A stretch of DNA of 62,002 nucleotides, filler included. It is 5 parts of 5 records of this genome, joined end to end, with 100 filler letters (N's around TTAATTAATTAA, not from the genome) between each part and the next. Parts side by side here need not be neighbours in the genome. Positions count along the whole stretch, not along the records: positions 57,097 to 62,002 come from SRR20825010_5085; 4 more parts are not named here. One strand, 5' to 3'. The number at the start of each line of letters is the position of its first letter. Positions within the stretch are counted from its first letter, which is position 1. Both the position numbers and the translations under genes were made by a program. The notes under the pieces were generated by a model that saw nothing but the letters and a program-made list of their open reading frames with translations, was not told the origin of the DNA and did not search any database. Below, in pieces: positions 59,220-62,002 of the stretch.

Positions 59220-59394
59220 TTGTCGGTTCTCCGGAGGGTAGTCGATTAGTGTGTTCTTTTGGCTGTCAGTTTAGGTGTGAATTTCTCTTATGGATAGAGT
59301 TTTGAGTCGAAAAAAACCTAAGCAGTTCTTCAAACTGCTAACATTTTCCATGGGAGTTAAGGGGGCACACACTTCATTTCCGCTCGCAGTCTTC

Positions 59395-59695
59395 CTAAGC
59401 AGCCCCACGCTCACGCGGTGCAATCAGGCACTCCGCCGGTACTTTCCACTTCTTATGCAACCGCCACATCACCGCCTTGGATAGCTCACGCTTGCCGAGC
59501 AGTACTTCGCTTGCCCGAGACTGGATCGGCAGCGGGGAGCGGGATGTGTTTTGCCTCCCACGCTTCCACCAGAGTGACAACCACGTCGAGTTCATCGCCT
59601 GCGGAACTGTCCGGCGCCGCGTCCATCAGGGCGTCGATCCGCGCCAGCGCCGCCGCGTGGTCGGCCTCGGTCTTGATCGGGCGTATTGCCATCAT
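59395..59695 (-). pseudogene. higA: HigA-type HTH antitoxin with internal deletion and frameshift
   Basis: IRPIKTEADHAAALARIDALM...ELDVVVTLVEAWEAKH..PAADPV in one frame, QSRASEVLLGKRELSKAVMWRLHKKWKVPAECLI in another; the intervening HTH helices are absent. Confidence 0.85.
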
Positions 59696-59790
59696 GCTCC
59701 CCTTTCCGGCGTACAGGCCTTTGACGAAAGCCGCTCACCCTGCACAAATCCTATGATATTGTCGCACCAGTGTCTCTCTGGAGGAGCCAT

Positions 59791-60042
59791 ATGAGCGTCA
59801 TACGCAGAGCCATCTCCATCACGGAACAGCAGGATGCGTGGGTCAAGGATCAGATCGCATCGGGTCAGTACGCGAACCACAGCGAATATATCCGCGATCT
59901 GATCCGGCGGGATCAGGCGGATGCGGTCGAGACCGAGGCGATCCGCGCGGCCCTCGCCGAAGCGGAGGAAAGCGGCCCGTCCGAGCCGTTCGATGCGGAG
60001 AAATTCAAGGCGGAGATGAAAGCGGTGTATGGCCGGGTCTGA
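59791..60042 (+). CDS. parD: ParD-family (ribbon-helix-helix) antitoxin
   Basis: WVKDQIASGQYANHSEYIRDLIRRDQ...IRAALAEAEESG; GGAGGAG RBS before ATG 59791. Confidence 0.92.
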   Translation: MSVIRRAISITEQQDAWVKDQIASGQYANHSEYIRDLIRRDQADAVETEAIRAALAEAEESGPSEPFDAEKFKAEMKAVYGRV

Positions 60043-60319
60043 CGTCCGCCTCACCCCCAAGGCGCGGAAGGATCTGATCGCGATATGGCGGTTCTCGGCC
60101 CGGCTTTGGGGCGCTTCACGCGCGGACCGCTACATTGACGAACTCTCGGCTGCTTTTGCTCTGCTGGCGGAACTGCCTTTCGCCGGAAGCGCGTGCGACG
60201 ATATCCGGGCGGGATATCGCCGCCACCCTGTCCAGCGGCACATGATCTATTACCGGCGGACGAAAACAGGAATTGAGGTCATGCGCATCCTGCACGCGCG
60301 CATGGTGCCGCAGCTCTGA
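60029..60319 (+). CDS. parE: ParE/RelE-family toxin
   Basis: RLTPKARKDLIAIW...WGASRADRY...GYRRHPVQRHMIYYR...MRILHARM; 14-nt overlap with parD. Confidence 0.92.
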   Translation: MAGSDVRLTPKARKDLIAIWRFSARLWGASRADRYIDELSAAFALLAELPFAGSACDDIRAGYRRHPVQRHMIYYRRTKTGIEVMRILHARMVPQL

Positions 60320-60329
60320 GAGTTGTTGG

Positions 60330-61556
60330 TCACGCAGCCTCTGGCGCCTTGAGACTCTCATAGCTCGCAACGCTTCTCAGCCCGCTGAACAGCGATACCG
60401 CGAAGGACGCGGCGAAGGCCAGCGCCACGAACGCAATCCCGACCTCCGGCCCGGCGGCACCCGTGACCGCGCCGCCGATCAGTGCGCCGAGCGGGCGGAT
60501 TCCGTAGATGGCGGTCTGGATCACCGCGTTGACCCGTCCGAGCAGGGCGGGCGGGGTGACGAGCTGGCGGACGGAATTTTGCGCGATCAGCCACATGGCG
60601 GGGCCGAAGCCGAGGCCGAAGAAGCAGGCATAGAGCAGAATATCCGGACTGCCCGGCCCGATCTGCGTCAGGCAGGCGGCGGCAATGGCCGAGCTGCCGG
60701 GGCCGAAAAGCAGGATCGCTCTCGGGGCGAGCCTGTCCGCGATCCGGCCCGACAGCCAGGCGCCGGTAAAGGCGGCCAGCCCGAAGGCGGAGAGGGCGAT
60801 GCCGAAACTGCCGGGATCAAAATGGTAGATGTCCTGGATGGCGGGAACGAGCACCACTAGCAGGGCGGCAAAGGCGAGGTTCCAGAAGATCGCGCAAAAC
60901 GAGATGGCGAGCAGCAGCTTGTGCGCCACCACATAGCGCCCGCCCTCGAGGATCCGGGTGATACGGGAGACGCGCGGCGCCTGGGATGTCTCGAAGCGCG
61001 GCAGGGACGTGGTGAAGGCCAGTGCGCCAAGGGCCGCGCATGCGGCGGCGGCATAGATCAGCTGTGGGGAAATCCGCGCCACGATCAGGCCGACAAGCAG
61101 CGGGACCGCGAAGCTGCACAGCGCGCGCGGTGTCTCGATGGCGGCATTGGCACGGGCCAGCCCCGCGGGCGGGACGGCTTTCGGCAGGATCGACAGGGCG
61201 CCGAGGGCGAACAGCACGGTGCCGAACCCGGCCAGTGTGATGCTTGCCCCGAACCAGATGACGCTCCCGGCCCAGACACCAAGCCCCGCGCCGGTGAAGC
61301 CCGAGAGCGCGATCAGGGAGGAGGCGATGGCAAGGCTGCGCAACTGCCGCCGGTCCACCAGCATGCCGAAGGGGATCGAGCCCAGAAGATGAGCCATGGA
61401 CTGGCAGGCGACGAGAAGGCCGATCAGCTCGGCGGAGGCATTGAAGACCAGCGCGGCGACGAGCGGCACCGAGACGAGGGCAATCTGGTCGGCCAGATGC
61501 GTCCCGTAGGCGGCACCGGCGAGACGGTGGATGACGGACATGGGGGTGGCGGGCAT
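60330..61556 (-). CDS. MFS transporter
   Basis: About 12 TM segments, GMLVDRRQLR motif A, RQLVTPPALLGRVNA; GGAG RBS before ATG 61556. Confidence 0.92.
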   Translation of the reverse strand: MPATPMSVIHRLAGAAYGTHLADQIALVSVPLVAALVFNASAELIGLLVACQSMAHLLGSIPFGMLVDRRQLRSLAIASSLIALSGFTGAGLGVWAGSVIWFGASITLAGFGTVLFALGALSILPKAVPPAGLARANAAIETPRALCSFAVPLLVGLIVARISPQLIYAAAACAALGALAFTTSLPRFETSQAPRVSRITRILEGGRYVVAHKLLLAISFCAIFWNLAFAALLVVLVPAIQDIYHFDPGSFGIALSAFGLAAFTGAWLSGRIADRLAPRAILLFGPGSSAIAAACLTQIGPGSPDILLYACFFGLGFGPAMWLIAQNSVRQLVTPPALLGRVNAVIQTAIYGIRPLGALIGGAVTGAAGPEVGIAFVALAFAASFAVSLFSGLRSVASYESLKAPEAA

Positions 61557-61792
61557 GAAAATCTCCAAAGCGTTTCGCCGGAAATACGCTTTGGCTCGGG
61601 GGCGGGATATCCGGTGCTTGCGCGGCTATTTCCCGGCGGCCTTGCCAGAGGATCTGCCCGGCTGCATTCGCGTTTTTCGCAACCGGCAGGGGCATTTTCC
61701 CTAAAGCCATTATTTTATAAGGTTATGAAGGCATTAACGTAATTGTTACGATTTTATTCAATTATTGATAATTCACAGAGAAGGCACAGCAC

Positions 61793-62002
61793 ATGGGCAT
61801 GCGCATTCGCGAGGATTATCGTGGAATTACCGGGCCGGAAAAGGCCAGCATCCTGCTGATGTCTCTCAACGAGGAGCAGGCAGGCAAGCTCTTCTCCATG
61901 CTCGATGACGAGGAGATCAAGGAAGTCTCCCAGGTGATGGCCGGTCTCGGCACGGTCAGTTCCAACATCGTCGAACGGCTTTTCGTTGAGTTCGCGGAGC
62001 AG
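61793..62002 (+). CDS. fliG: Flagellar motor switch protein FliG (5' part only)
   Basis: Manual translation: MGMRIREDYRGITGPEKASILLMSLNEEQAGKLFSMLDDEEIKEVSQVMAGLGTVSSNIVERLFVEFAEQ. Confidence 0.9.
   Translation, partial: MGMRIREDYRGITGPEKASILLMSLNEEQAGKLFSMLDDEEIKEVSQVMAGLGTVSSNIVERLFVEFAEQ

Larger units (their letters stand above)
57540..59350. mobile_element. AT-rich horizontally acquired islet (no integrase or IS seen)
   Basis: Hand-counted GC: 17/60 at 58501-58560 and 11/60 at 59041-59100, versus 40/60 in uvrB at 57181-57240; boundaries approximate. Confidence 0.7.

Noticed and set aside
61734-61749. CtrA box upstream of fliG
   Set aside because: TTAA-N8-TTAC has the wrong spacing; could be chance in AT-rich DNA.

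Overview
The window is not one genome. It is five unrelated contigs joined by artificial 100-nt linkers (N44-TTAATTAATTAA-N44 at 28647, 48416, 52621 and 56997). (1) 1-28646, alphaproteobacterial core chromosome: serS-tatCBA-scpBA-nagZ-argS-dgt, erpA-xth, panD, ilvD, speB, valS, popZ-tolC-pcm, two REC-GGDEF cyclases, ending inside tRNA-Cys. (2) 28747-48415, Pirellulales-like planctomycete: nadC, WcaJ-like transferase, NYN nuclease, hydrolase, His-rich ORF plus DUF1559, ECF sigma/anti-sigma, pseudokinase, glgA plus GalT-like gene. (3) 48516-52620, high-GC type II secretion/pseudopilin genes, probably Phycisphaerae. (4) 52721-56996, Rhizobiales-like bmt with a perfect palindromic operator, and an ECF sigma/VWA pair. 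(5) 57097-62002, alphaproteobacterial uvrB...fliG interval carrying an AT-rich TIR cassette, a deleted HigA relic, parDE and an MFS gene. There are two best candidates for an undescribed system. The first is a His-rich, probably exported ORF ending in RAAPLVPPP upstream of a DUF1559 pilin-like gene, a possible metal-sensing ribosome-arrest leader analogous to CruR/CutF. The second is a foreign two-gene cassette (orphan plus TIR with intact catalytic Glu) that may be an anti-phage system. All calls are by eye from motifs and synteny; no database searches were run, and taxonomic assignments are inference.
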